18,104 bases of DNA from Candidatus Woesearchaeota archaeon (GCA_964573185.1 CAZNIQ010000014.1:1-18104); one strand, 5' to 3'; positions 1 through 8,208 are shown, numbered from the stretch's first letter. Notes: generated by a model from the letters alone, not told the origin. Numbers and translations are program-made.

Positions 1-212
1 TGATTTCCTGTATTTATAAATCCAACAGTTATTTGATTATTACTCGTATCTAACTGTGCTTTTATTATATTCACAGAAGCTCCAAAGCAGCTTACCTGTT
101 GTTGAACATATTGTCTTCCCCATCCAATAATCATAACACCTATAGAGATTGTAAAAGCAATTAGTAATACAGCAGCTATTAAAGGAGATATCGCTCTTTT
201 AACATTAACCAT
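1..212 (-). CDS. Archaeal type IV pilin-like protein (class III signal peptide), N-terminal part only. The 3' end lies outside the window.
   Basis: The reverse complement from ATG (210-212) reads MVNVKRAISPLIAAVLLIAFTISIGVMIIGWGRQYVQQQ... A basic KR residue pair followed by A-ISP-LIAAVLL and a hydrophobic helix is the typical archaeal prepilin/flagellin-like N-terminus. The frame stays open to the window edge. It is absent from the ORF track because it is truncated. Confidence 0.6.
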   Translation of the reverse strand, partial: MVNVKRAISPLIAAVLLIAFTISIGVMIIGWGRQYVQQQVSCFGASVNIIKAQLDTSNNQITVGFINTGN

Positions 213-298
213 ATTTTTTAAATGTGAACTTATGTATATAAATCTTTGTTGTTCAGCGAAAGAGCAAATATAGATAAAGAGATAAAAAGGATTAACGT

Positions 299-308
299 TT
301 TATAAATA
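299..308 (+). promoter_or_regulatory. TATA box candidate for the RNR gene; the transcript is probably leaderless or nearly so.
   Basis: TTTATAAATA is centred about 24 nt upstream of the ATG at 327. No Shine-Dalgarno-like purine run lies between it and the start. Confidence 0.4.
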
Positions 309-326
309 TTTTTTCAAATACATTAA

Positions 327-1979
327 ATGGTTAATATTGATTTGGTTAAGAAAATGTTTAAAGCTAATACCAAAGTTAAAAAGCTTTTACCAAAAGATAT
401 ATTAGAAACCTACGAAAATTTGTATTTCAGATTTTTAGATTTGAGGGAAAAAGGAAAAATACCTTTCCACGGAAATTACTTATCAGATTTTGAATTAGCC
501 AAAACAATTTACAAAAACAAATATTTCCTGAAAACATTGGATGGAAGATCTATTGAAGAACATCCAGAAGACGTATTTTTAAGAGTAGCTGCTTTTATAG
601 CTTCAGTTGAAGAAAATCCTGAACGCTGGGCAAATAAATTCTATGAGATTATGTATGAAGGGTACTTCTTACCCGGTGGTAGGGTTTTAGCAGGAGCTGG
701 AGATTTATATAGATTGAAAACACCTGTTAATTGTTTTGTCATTCCAATCCCCGATGATTCTATTGAAGGAATTTTTGATGCAGCAAAATGGGCTGCCAGA
801 ACATATTCTTATGGTGGTGGTGTTGGAATAGATATCTCTTGTTTAAGACCTAAAGGTTCTGTGGTTCACAATGCAGCTTTATTTTCTACTGGTGCTGTTT
901 CCTTTATGGAATTATATTCTTTAGTTACTGGTTTAATAGGGCAAGAAGGAAGAAGAGGGGCTTTAATGTTAACTATAGATGTAAAACACCCGGATATTTT
1001 CTATTTCATCAGATCGAAATCCGATGTTGGATACTTTGTAAAATTGGCTTTGGAGGAGTTAAAATGGAGATTACCAAATTTGGATGAAGAGACGTTTGAG
1101 ATAATTAAAAGAGTACTAATAAACAATTTCCAAGTAAGGTTTGCAAATATATCTGTTAAGTTTACTGACGAGTTCTTTCAAGCGGTAGAAGAAGAGAATA
1201 AGTATGGAAGAAACAAAATTTTGGTTTATAAAAAGAAATACAAAGGAATTATAAGGAATTATTATCAAAAGAAAAATGAATTTTCTTACGGAATGCCTTC
1301 AAAAGATATATCGAAATATGAGTTAATTAAGGTTTTTGACAATATTGATCAATTAAATGAGTGGTTAGAGGAGAATTATAGAGTTAGAATAAGAGAAGAT
1401 GATCTTAAAGATCCTTATAAAAGAGATATCTATGGCGATTATGTAATAGAGTTAAAAGATGAAGATTACGATTTGGCTATAAGATATTCTGGTGATTTTC
1501 TTTTATATTGGGCTTCAGAAGTAGTGGGTGAGATAAGAAGATTAGTAAAAGCTAGAGATATCTGGAACTTGTTTGTAGCTTCAAATTACTATTCTGCAGA
1601 ACCCGGAGCTATATACTGGAGTAGACATAAGAAATACTCTCCTTCAGATTATATTGGGGTTCCGATTATGACAACAAATCCCTGTGCAGAAGTTCCATTA
1701 CAACCCGGAGGAGCATGTAATTTGGGTTCAATTAATCTAGCAAGATTTGTTAAAAATCCATTTACAGATAAAGCTGAAATAGATTGGGAAAAATTAAGGG
1801 AAGTAGTACATATCGCTGTAAGATTTTTGGACAATGTTGTTGACTTCCAGATATATCTTAATCCTTTAGATTTTCAGAAGAAAGCTGCTAGAGATACAAG
1901 AAGAATTGGCTTAGGTATAATGGGATTAGCTGATATGTTAGTTCAGTTAGGATTAGAATATGATTCTGATGAAGCTTGA
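327..1979 (+). CDS. nrdJ: Class II (adenosylcobalamin-type) ribonucleotide reductase, N-terminal and catalytic segment. It ends at an in-frame TGA.
   Basis: 550 aa. It carries the active-site loop TTNPCAEVPLQPGGACNLGSINL (thiyl-radical Cys loop) and GGGVGIDISCLRPKGS. The reading frame continues after a single TGA at 1977-1979. Confidence 0.85.
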   Translation: MVNIDLVKKMFKANTKVKKLLPKDILETYENLYFRFLDLREKGKIPFHGNYLSDFELAKTIYKNKYFLKTLDGRSIEEHPEDVFLRVAAFIASVEENPERWANKFYEIMYEGYFLPGGRVLAGAGDLYRLKTPVNCFVIPIPDDSIEGIFDAAKWAARTYSYGGGVGIDISCLRPKGSVVHNAALFSTGAVSFMELYSLVTGLIGQEGRRGALMLTIDVKHPDIFYFIRSKSDVGYFVKLALEELKWRLPNLDEETFEIIKRVLINNFQVRFANISVKFTDEFFQAVEEENKYGRNKILVYKKKYKGIIRNYYQKKNEFSYGMPSKDISKYELIKVFDNIDQLNEWLEENYRVRIREDDLKDPYKRDIYGDYVIELKDEDYDLAIRYSGDFLLYWASEVVGEIRRLVKARDIWNLFVASNYYSAEPGAIYWSRHKKYSPSDYIGVPIMTTNPCAEVPLQPGGACNLGSINLARFVKNPFTDKAEIDWEKLREVVHIAVRFLDNVVDFQIYLNPLDFQKKAARDTRRIGLGIMGLADMLVQLGLEYDSDEA

Positions 1980-1997
1980 AAAGTCATTGAAAAGGTT

Positions 1998-2858
1998 ATG
2001 CGGTTTATTGCTAATGAAGCTTATAAAGCATCAGCTTTACTAGCTAAAGAAAAAGGTACTTTTCCATTATGGGATTATAATAAATATTCTAGAAACCCGT
2101 TCTTTAAAGAAGCTTTAGACGACGATACAAAAGAGTTGATAAAAGAGAATGGATTAAGAAATGTTGCAATATTATCTGTAGCCCCTACAGGTACGATATC
2201 AAATATAGTTAAGGCTGCGGAACTAAACGGTAAAAATTATATAGGAGTTTCAAACGGAATAGAACCTATTTTTGCTTTATATTATATTAGAAGGTCGGAA
2301 TCCTTAGAAAAGAAATTCTTCAAGGTATTCCATCCAATAGCAAGATATTATTTAGATTTACATGGTTTATATGATAAAGCACAGGAAGCTTCTGATGAGG
2401 AATTAAAAAAGATTTTACCTAAATATTTCTGGAGGACAGCTCACGTTATAAATCCATATAAAAGAGTAGAAATGCAAGCAGTAGTACAAAAATATATTGA
2501 TCACAGCATTTCTTCAACTATAAACCTTCCGATGGATATTGAACCTGAAACTATGTCTGAAATCTACTTATATGCTTGGAAGAAAGGACTAAAAGGTGTT
2601 ACTGTTTATAGAGAAGGTTCTAGGTTCCCAATAATTATTATTGATTCTAAGAAGAAAGAATTTCAGGAGTTTGCGAATAAAAAGTTCATTTTGAGGACAA
2701 AAGATGGAAAGGAGTATAAAGTGACTGGCGACACTGTTATATATATTAAAGGAAGGCTTACAACTATATATCATGCTCTTAAGAAGAATTTAATTAGAAA
2801 GGAGAATGAAAATGTGTTATATTATGATGATACCGATTTGATTGTCTATCCTAAGTAA
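1998..2858 (+). CDS. nrdJ: Class II ribonucleotide reductase, central and C-terminal barrel segment, in the same frame as 327..1979.
   Basis: 286 aa. RFIANEAYKASALLAKEKGTFP, SVAPTGTIS, HSISSTINLP and KGVTVYREGSR are typical RNR large-subunit blocks. 1998 and 327 are in the same codon phase. The first ATG lies 6 codons after the TGA. Confidence 0.8.
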   Translation: MRFIANEAYKASALLAKEKGTFPLWDYNKYSRNPFFKEALDDDTKELIKENGLRNVAILSVAPTGTISNIVKAAELNGKNYIGVSNGIEPIFALYYIRRSESLEKKFFKVFHPIARYYLDLHGLYDKAQEASDEELKKILPKYFWRTAHVINPYKRVEMQAVVQKYIDHSISSTINLPMDIEPETMSEIYLYAWKKGLKGVTVYREGSRFPIIIIDSKKKEFQEFANKKFILRTKDGKEYKVTGDTVIYIKGRLTTIYHALKKNLIRKENENVLYYDDTDLIVYPK

Positions 2859-2891
2859 CCTTTAAATTTTCTTAATTTTACTTACATTTCT

Positions 2892-3050
2892 ATGCATTTT
2901 AAGGTTAGGTTGGAGGAGCCAAAAAAGGAAGTTTTAATTGCTGAAGGACAACCAATGATGCAATGTCCTGTTTGTGGTAACTACTCCGTAGTGAATCAGG
3001 GTGGTTGTTATACTTGCTTAGTTTGTGGCTGGTCTAAATGTGATACATAA
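2892..3050 (+). CDS. Cys-rich zinc-ribbon-like C-terminal tail of class II RNR, encoded as a separate 52-aa ORF in the same frame.
   Basis: My own translation is MHFKVRLEEPKKEVLIAEGQPMMQCPVCGNYSVVNQGGCYTCLVCGWSKCDT*. The CxxC-x10-CxxCxxCxxxxC pattern matches the redox-shuttle tail of archaeal and Thermotoga-type class II RNRs. It is in phase with 327 and 1998 and is separated from the previous piece by one TAA (2856-2858). It is below the ORF-track size cut-off. Confidence 0.65.
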   Translation: MHFKVRLEEPKKEVLIAEGQPMMQCPVCGNYSVVNQGGCYTCLVCGWSKCDT

Positions 3051-3331
3051 ATTTCAAGCATACATTTAATTAGTTTCTTAACTTTTTCCGGATCCTTTAA
3101 GCAGACTTCAAAATATTTTCCTTTCTTTCTCAATTCAACTATATTTACTTTTTCCAATTCCTTGATATGTCTATAAACTACAGATACATCTTTGTTCAAC
3201 AGTTTTGAGAAATCTGCAATGCAATATTTATTTTCTTGAGCTTTCAGGAGTTCCAGAATTATCTTAAGTCTAGATTCATTGGATAGTACTTTTGCAATCT
3301 CTTGCAAAGCTTTTATATACTTTTCCTCCAT
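3008..3331 (-). CDS. ArsR/SmtB-family winged-helix transcriptional regulator.
   Basis: 107 aa. IAKVLSNESRLKIILELL...YCIADFSKLLNKDVSVVYRHIKELEKVNIVELRKKGKYFEVCL is the ArsR-type HTH plus wing. It is divergent from the PDO gene with only 9 nt between the two start codons. Confidence 0.8.
   Translation of the reverse strand: MEEKYIKALQEIAKVLSNESRLKIILELLKAQENKYCIADFSKLLNKDVSVVYRHIKELEKVNIVELRKKGKYFEVCLKDPEKVKKLIKCMLEIYVSHLDQPQTKQV
3311..3319 (+). promoter_or_regulatory. TATA box candidate for the PDO-TrxR operon, embedded in the ArsR coding sequence.
   Basis: TTTTATATA is centred 26 nt upstream of the ATG at 3341. The mirror candidate for the ArsR gene, CTTTAAAAG (3360-3368), lies inside the PDO coding sequence. 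Confidence 0.4.
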
Positions 3332-3340
3332 GGTATCTTA

Positions 3341-4036
3341 ATGGTATTAGATGAGCACACTTTAAAAGAATTAAAGGAAATTTTTGAGAAGAACCTAAAG
3401 GATCCGGTTGAAGTAGTTTTAATTACTGATAAAGAAAAGAATAGGGAACCTTCCGAGGTAGCCGAAGAACTGGCAAGGGATATTATGTCTATAACGGATA
3501 AAGTAAAATTTGAGATTGTTGATGCAAATGATGAAAAAGGAAAGGGATATTTAGATAAATATGATTTAAGATTGGATAAATGGGGTAAAAGATATGGTCC
3601 TCTCTTCTTCTTTAAAGAAAAACCGAATATAATTTATTATGGCTTGCCGGCTAGAGAAGAATTTCCAGTATTTATTGAGGATTTGATTATGTTGTCTAAC
3701 AAAAAGGTTGACATGATGTTGAGCGTTGCAATGAAAATAAAGAAGGTGAACATTCCTATAGATATCTATATCTTTGTTACACCAACTTGTCCGTATTGTC
3801 CTTATATGACATTAAGTTCCCATAGATTCGCCTATTTGAATGATAAAATAAGAGGTATAATGATCGAGGCAACAGAATTTCCAGAGTTCGCTGATGCTTA
3901 CCAAGTTATGGCTGTTCCGAAAAATGTTATTATTGATAGAAGAACCGGTAAGGAACTATTGATTTGGGAAGGTATGGTACCAGAAAATGCTTTTGCAGAG
4001 CAAATTGAACACGCTTTAGAACACGCAAAGGAATAA
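3341..4036 (+). CDS. Protein disulfide oxidoreductase (glutaredoxin-like, two thioredoxin-fold units, single CPYC site).
   Basis: VTPTCPYCP...FPEFADAYQVMAVPK is the C-terminal active unit of archaeal PDO. The N-terminal unit aligns by eye but lacks CxxC. The start is moved to ATG 3341 (MVLDEHTLKEL...). The ORF-track start at 3302 would overlap the ArsR start and adds a non-conserved peptide. Confidence 0.8.
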   Translation: MVLDEHTLKELKEIFEKNLKDPVEVVLITDKEKNREPSEVAEELARDIMSITDKVKFEIVDANDEKGKGYLDKYDLRLDKWGKRYGPLFFFKEKPNIIYYGLPAREEFPVFIEDLIMLSNKKVDMMLSVAMKIKKVNIPIDIYIFVTPTCPYCPYMTLSSHRFAYLNDKIRGIMIEATEFPEFADAYQVMAVPKNVIIDRRTGKELLIWEGMVPENAFAEQIEHALEHAKE

Positions 4037-4037
4037 A

Positions 4038-4994
4038 ATGTTCAAGCTATCTTTAAGAAAAGAAGAACAATTGGATAAGGATTGGGAAGTAATAATAATA
4101 GGAGGAGGACCTGCTGGTTTAACAGCTGCTTTATATTTAGGAAGATATAAAGTAAAAACTTTGGTAATAACAAAAGAAGTTGGTGGCTTGCTAAATGAAG
4201 CTTCTATAATAGAAGATTATCCTGGTATAAAAAGAATAAAAGCAGTAGAACTTGCCAAGGCTTTTGAAGAGCATGCCAAGGAATGGGGGGCAAAAATATT
4301 AATAGATGAGGTTATAGATGTTAAGAAAGAAGGGGATAAATTTATCGTAAAAACAAGAGATAAGGAATTCACAGCGGAAGCAATTATATTAGCCACCGGT
4401 TCTAGAAGAAGGAAACTAGGGGTTCCCGGAGAGAACTTACCGGGGGTATCATATTGTGCAGAATGTGATGCTCCTTTATTTAAAGATAAAGTTGTTGCAG
4501 TTGTTGGTGGTGGAAACACAGCTTTTCACGATGCAATTGTGATTTCAGGTTATGCAAAGAAAGTTTATATTATTCATAGGAGAGATAAATTTAGGGCAGA
4601 TCCTGTTTTAGTTGAAGAAGCTAAAAAGAAGGGAATTGAATTTATTTTAAACAAGGTTGTTGTAGAGATAAAAGGTGAAGGAAAAGTAGAAAAAGTTATA
4701 TTAAAAGATACTAAAACGGGAGAGATCTCTGAATTAGAAGTTCAAGGTTTATTTGTTGCAATAGGATTAGAACCTAATAATGAATTGGCAAAGAAATTAG
4801 GAGTGGAATTGGATACTGATGGTAGAATAAAGGTAGATCCTTGTATGAGAACAAATATTGAAGGAGTTTTTGCTGCTGGTGACATAACAACGGGATCATG
4901 TAAATTTATGCAAATTATTACTTCCGCCGCAGAAGGTGCTATTGCTGCTAAATCAGCTTATGAATATTTATTAAAGAAAAGGTACAAACAATAA
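4038..4994 (+). CDS. trxB: Thioredoxin (disulfide) reductase.
   Basis: The FAD-binding motif is VIIIGGGPAGLTAALY. The redox-active site is CAECDA. The NAD(P)H-binding site is VAVVGGGNTA...IHRRDKFRA. The C-terminal block is GVFAAGD. It starts 1 nt after the PDO stop. Confidence 0.9.
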   Translation: MFKLSLRKEEQLDKDWEVIIIGGGPAGLTAALYLGRYKVKTLVITKEVGGLLNEASIIEDYPGIKRIKAVELAKAFEEHAKEWGAKILIDEVIDVKKEGDKFIVKTRDKEFTAEAIILATGSRRRKLGVPGENLPGVSYCAECDAPLFKDKVVAVVGGGNTAFHDAIVISGYAKKVYIIHRRDKFRADPVLVEEAKKKGIEFILNKVVVEIKGEGKVEKVILKDTKTGEISELEVQGLFVAIGLEPNNELAKKLGVELDTDGRIKVDPCMRTNIEGVFAAGDITTGSCKFMQIITSAAEGAIAAKSAYEYLLKKRYKQ

Positions 4995-5000
4995 AATTTT

Positions 5001-5074
<74 letters not shown>

Positions 5075-5115
5075 AAGTAAGATTATTATTTTTCTTACCT
5101 TTAAAAAGTTTAGTA

Positions 5116-7341
5116 ATGGTTAGAGTAGTTGGGATAGAGCCTAGAGAATACCAAAAGAGAATTTTGGAAACTTGTAAAAGAAAAAACACATTGGTAATTC
5201 TTCCAACAGGTACTGGAAAAACAATTATTGCTCTGATGCTTACTGCAGAAAGACTAAATTTATACCCAGATTCAAAGGTAATTTTTCTTGCCCCCACAAA
5301 ACCTTTAGTTAATCAACATAAGAACACATTTTCAAAACATCTAGAAGATATAGATAAAACTAGGTTAGTTGTAATTACAGGAGATATAAGACCTGAAAGA
5401 AGAAAAGAATTATACAAATTTGGAAAGATAATTTTTGTGACACCACAGACACTTCAAAACGATTTATTGATGAAAAGAGTTTCTTTAGAAAATGTTTCTT
5501 TAATCATTTTTGACGAAGCACATAGAGCTGTAGGAAAATATCCTTATGTTTATATAGCAAGGGAATATTTTAAACAATCAAGATTTCCGAGAGTGTTAGG
5601 ATTAACAGCAAGTCCGGGACACGATTTGGAAAGAATAAAAGAGGTAATTCGTAATTTAGGAATAGAAGCTATTGAAATTAGAGTAGGGACAGAACCTGAT
5701 ATAAAACCTTATATAAAGCCAATAAAAATAAAAAGAATTGAAGTAGAGTTTCACGGAAAATTAAAAGAAATACAGGAATTGTTAAAAAACGCTTTGGAAA
5801 TAAGATATCAACAGTTAAAAGAATTAGGCTATGTGACAAGAAAACTAAAGGGGAAGAAGGAAATTTTAGAAAAGCAAAAGGAATTACAACAATTATTGGC
5901 AAATGATCCTGAGAATGAGAAGATAAAGAAATCCATAAGTTTGCTAGCAGAAGTTATGAAATTGGATCATGCTCTAGAAGTTTTTGAAACGCAAACGCTA
6001 TATACTTTTATAAAGTATTGTGAATCTTTGTTTGAAAAAGCACAAAATACTAGAATAATTGCTTTAAAGAACGTCACAGAGGATCCAAGGTTTAGAAAAG
6101 CTTATGTTCTAGCAAAAGAAGCTATTAGAGAAACTGAACATCCAAAATTATTGAAATTAGTAGAATTAGTAAAAGAACTTGTAAAGAAAAATAAAAAGAT
6201 AATTATTTTTGCACAGATAAGATATACAGTAGATAGAATAATAGAATTTTTAAGAAAAGAAAATATAGCTTGTGAAAAATTTGTAGGAAAGAAGGAAATG
6301 TCTAGGGATAAGCAATTAGAGATACTTAGAAGATTTTCCTTAGGGGAATTTAATGTTTTAGTTGCAACATCAATTGCTGAGGAAGGATTGGATATTCCTA
6401 AAGTTGATACTGTAATATTTTACGAGCCAGTACCTTCTGAAATAAGATATATTCAGAGAAGAGGGAGAACAGGAAGATCTGATATTGGAGAGGTTATAAT
6501 TCTAATAACAAAGAATTCTAGAGATGAAATTTACTATTGGGCTTCTGTGATGAGAGAAAGAAAAATGATTAAAACTATTAAATGGTTAAAGGAAGTACTA
6601 AAGAAAGAAAAAATAATACCCGAAGAGAAGAAGGAAGAAAAACCTATGTTAACTTTAGATAAATTTGCTTTCGTTGAGCACAAAATAGAGAAACCAGAAC
6701 CAGCATTCAAAGGTTTAAGGATTGTTGCAGATTATAGAGAAAAAGCTTCGGGTGTCGTACAAGAACTAACGAGATATGGAATTCTTGTTGAGTTAAAGAA
6801 CCTACCTGTAGGAGATTATTTAGTAGGAGATATTTTAATAGAAAGAAAAAGTAAATTAGATTTTGTGAATTCAATTATAGATGGAAGACTTTGGGAACAA
6901 CTTGATAAGCTAAAAGAATATAATTCTATTTTGATCTTAGAAGGAGAGGAAGATTTGTATTCAATAAGAAACGTTCATCCGAATCTTATAAGGGGTGTTC
7001 TATTAAAAATTGCAGCAGATTACAAAATCCCAATAATCTTTACCAAGGATTTTAGAGATACTGCTTTATTTATCAAGCTTCTAGCCGAAAAGCAAAAAAG
7101 AGAAAATAAGGAAATTATTTTAAAGAAGAAGAGCAAAAGTTTAACCGAAATACAAATAGATATTCTTACAAGTTTTCCGGGTATTGGTAAAAAATTGGCT
7201 TTAGAATTATTGAAGAAGTTTAAAAGCCTAAAAAACATATTCAATGCTTCTATTGTAGAACTTTCTAAAGTTATAGGTGAAACTCGTGCAAGAAAATTTA
7301 AAGAGATATTGGAAAAAGAATTTAAAGCTGAAGAATTATGA
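5116..7341 (+). CDS. hef: Hef-type helicase/nuclease (SF2 helicase fused to an XPF/Mus81-family nuclease and HhH2).
   Basis: Helicase motifs are LPTGTGKT, FDEAH, TASPG and YIQRRGRTGR. The C-terminal nuclease carries VGDYLV...IERKSKLDFVNSIIDGRLWEQ (the ERK motif). The terminal HhH is FPGIGKKLALELLKKF. Confidence 0.9.
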   Translation: MVRVVGIEPREYQKRILETCKRKNTLVILPTGTGKTIIALMLTAERLNLYPDSKVIFLAPTKPLVNQHKNTFSKHLEDIDKTRLVVITGDIRPERRKELYKFGKIIFVTPQTLQNDLLMKRVSLENVSLIIFDEAHRAVGKYPYVYIAREYFKQSRFPRVLGLTASPGHDLERIKEVIRNLGIEAIEIRVGTEPDIKPYIKPIKIKRIEVEFHGKLKEIQELLKNALEIRYQQLKELGYVTRKLKGKKEILEKQKELQQLLANDPENEKIKKSISLLAEVMKLDHALEVFETQTLYTFIKYCESLFEKAQNTRIIALKNVTEDPRFRKAYVLAKEAIRETEHPKLLKLVELVKELVKKNKKIIIFAQIRYTVDRIIEFLRKENIACEKFVGKKEMSRDKQLEILRRFSLGEFNVLVATSIAEEGLDIPKVDTVIFYEPVPSEIRYIQRRGRTGRSDIGEVIILITKNSRDEIYYWASVMRERKMIKTIKWLKEVLKKEKIIPEEKKEEKPMLTLDKFAFVEHKIEKPEPAFKGLRIVADYREKASGVVQELTRYGILVELKNLPVGDYLVGDILIERKSKLDFVNSIIDGRLWEQLDKLKEYNSILILEGEEDLYSIRNVHPNLIRGVLLKIAADYKIPIIFTKDFRDTALFIKLLAEKQKRENKEIILKKKSKSLTEIQIDILTSFPGIGKKLALELLKKFKSLKNIFNASIVELSKVIGETRARKFKEILEKEFKAEEL

Positions 7342-7348
7342 TTTTCTA

Positions 7349-7546
7349 ATGAAAGCTAAGGAATTAAGACAGAAGTCTACTGAAGAACTTATACAATTAC
7401 TTAACCAATTAAGAGAAAAACTCATGCAATTGAAAATGAGGAAAGAGGCGGGAATGCCTTTAGAAAATCCAATGGAAATTAGAAATACAAAAAGGGATAT
7501 TGCAAGGATATTAACTATTTTAAGAGAAAGAGGAATTAAATTATGA
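7349..7546 (+). CDS. rpl29: 50S ribosomal protein L29 (uL29).
   Basis: MKAKELRQKSTEELIQLLNQLREKLMQLKMRKEAG is the typical L29 N-terminus. The ORF-track start at 7277 would overlap the Hef 3' end and add 24 unrelated residues. Confidence 0.85.
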   Translation: MKAKELRQKSTEELIQLLNQLREKLMQLKMRKEAGMPLENPMEIRNTKRDIARILTILRERGIKL

Positions 7547-7854
7547 AAAAGAAGAAATTAATAACTGGAGGTTTACCCGAGTTAGATACTTTTGAACAAG
7601 TAGTAAAGGAAACTCAAAGAATAAAGGTTAGAACTGAAACTAGATCTTATGGAAAAGTTGTTACAATTATAGAAGGAATAGACGAGGCTTTAGATCCAAA
7701 AAGTATTTTAAAGGAATTAAAAAGAAGATTGGGCTGTGGGGGAACATATGATAAAGATTCTAAGGCGATAGTACTTCAAGGGGACCATAGGAATAAGATT
7801 AAGAAGCTTTTAGTTGACCTTGGCTTCTCGGAATCCTCTATATCCATCGAGTAG
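7543..7854 (+). CDS. Translation initiation factor aSUI1 (eIF1 homologue).
   Basis: IKVRTETRSYGKVVTIIEGI...LKELKRRLGCGGT...IVLQGDHR is the SUI1 fold signature. Its start overlaps the L29 stop in an ATGA arrangement. Confidence 0.85.
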   Translation: MKKKKLITGGLPELDTFEQVVKETQRIKVRTETRSYGKVVTIIEGIDEALDPKSILKELKRRLGCGGTYDKDSKAIVLQGDHRNKIKKLLVDLGFSESSISIE

Positions 7855-8125
7855 AGTTAAAGAATTAATAAAGCACGAGCTAATAGGTTTATGGGTAGAG
7901 GTTATAGATTCAAAAAATAAGGATTATATTGGGATTTATGGAGAAGTTGTTGATGAAACTAAAAATACATTAAGGATTAGATCACCGGATGGAAAGATAA
8001 GAACAGTTATTAAAGAATTCTGTACTTTTTTATTTTATTTTGATGACGGTTTTATTGTAAAAGTTGATGGAAAGCTAATTAAAGGGAGACCGTGGGAAAG
8101 GATAAAGAAAAGAATAAAGAAATGA
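7814..8125 (+). CDS. rnp1: RNase P protein component 1 (Rpp29/Pop4 homologue).
   Basis: ELIGLWVEVIDSKNKDYIGIYGEVVDETKNTLRIRSPDGKIRTVIKEFCTFLF...VDGKLIKGRPWERIKK matches the Rpp29 Sm-like barrel pattern. It also sits in the conserved position between SUI1 and S17. The start is uncertain because the ORF overlaps SUI1 by 41 nt. Confidence 0.75.
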   Translation: MTLASRNPLYPSSRVKELIKHELIGLWVEVIDSKNKDYIGIYGEVVDETKNTLRIRSPDGKIRTVIKEFCTFLFYFDDGFIVKVDGKLIKGRPWERIKKRIKK

Positions 8126-8173
8126 TCAGAGACCCTCTTAGTCATCATTTTCAGCCCGAAAAACGCTCATCAC
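8126..8173 (-). ncRNA. C/D box sRNA (2'-O-methylation guide). Coordinates cover box C through box D.
   Basis: The minus strand reads GUGAUGA-GCGUUUUUCGGG-CUGA-AA-AUGAUGA-CUAAGAGGGUCU-CUGA. All four boxes (C, D', C', D) are canonical and both spacers are exactly 12 nt. An AT-rich TATA-like run (8191-8208) lies about 25 nt upstream on that strand. Confidence 0.8.
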
Positions 8174-8208
8174 TAGAATTACATCTTAACTATATTTTTA
8201 AATAAAAA

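Noticed and set aside
1020-1560. A long poorly conserved stretch inside the RNR N-terminal piece as a possible intein or intein remnant.
   Set aside because: There is no Cys/Ser/Thr-initiated block A, no TxxH block B, and no terminal HN followed by Cys/Ser/Thr. The flanking RNR blocks (ANISVKFTDEFF and ARDIWNLF...AEPGAIYW) are in normal order. It looks like a lineage-specific loop or insertion.
1977-1979. In-frame TGA in the RNR gene as evidence of genome-wide UGA reassignment (Trp or Gly code) or selenocysteine.
   Set aside because: TGA is the apparent terminator of Hef (7339-7341), L29 (7544-7546), Rpp29 (8123-8125) and the coiled-coil protein (18102-18104), at positions where the homologous proteins end. 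UGA therefore functions as a stop here. The RNR position is not a conserved Cys or redox site, and I see no convincing stable hairpin immediately downstream that would suggest a SECIS-like element.
7277-7348. A longer L29 start (ORF track 7277), and likewise a longer PDO start (3302).
   Set aside because: The extensions overlap the upstream gene (the Hef 3' end, or the ArsR start on the opposite strand). They add residues unrelated to the family N-termini. MKAKELRQ (7349) and MVLDEHTLKEL (3341) give conventional N-termini with TATA candidates at the right distance.
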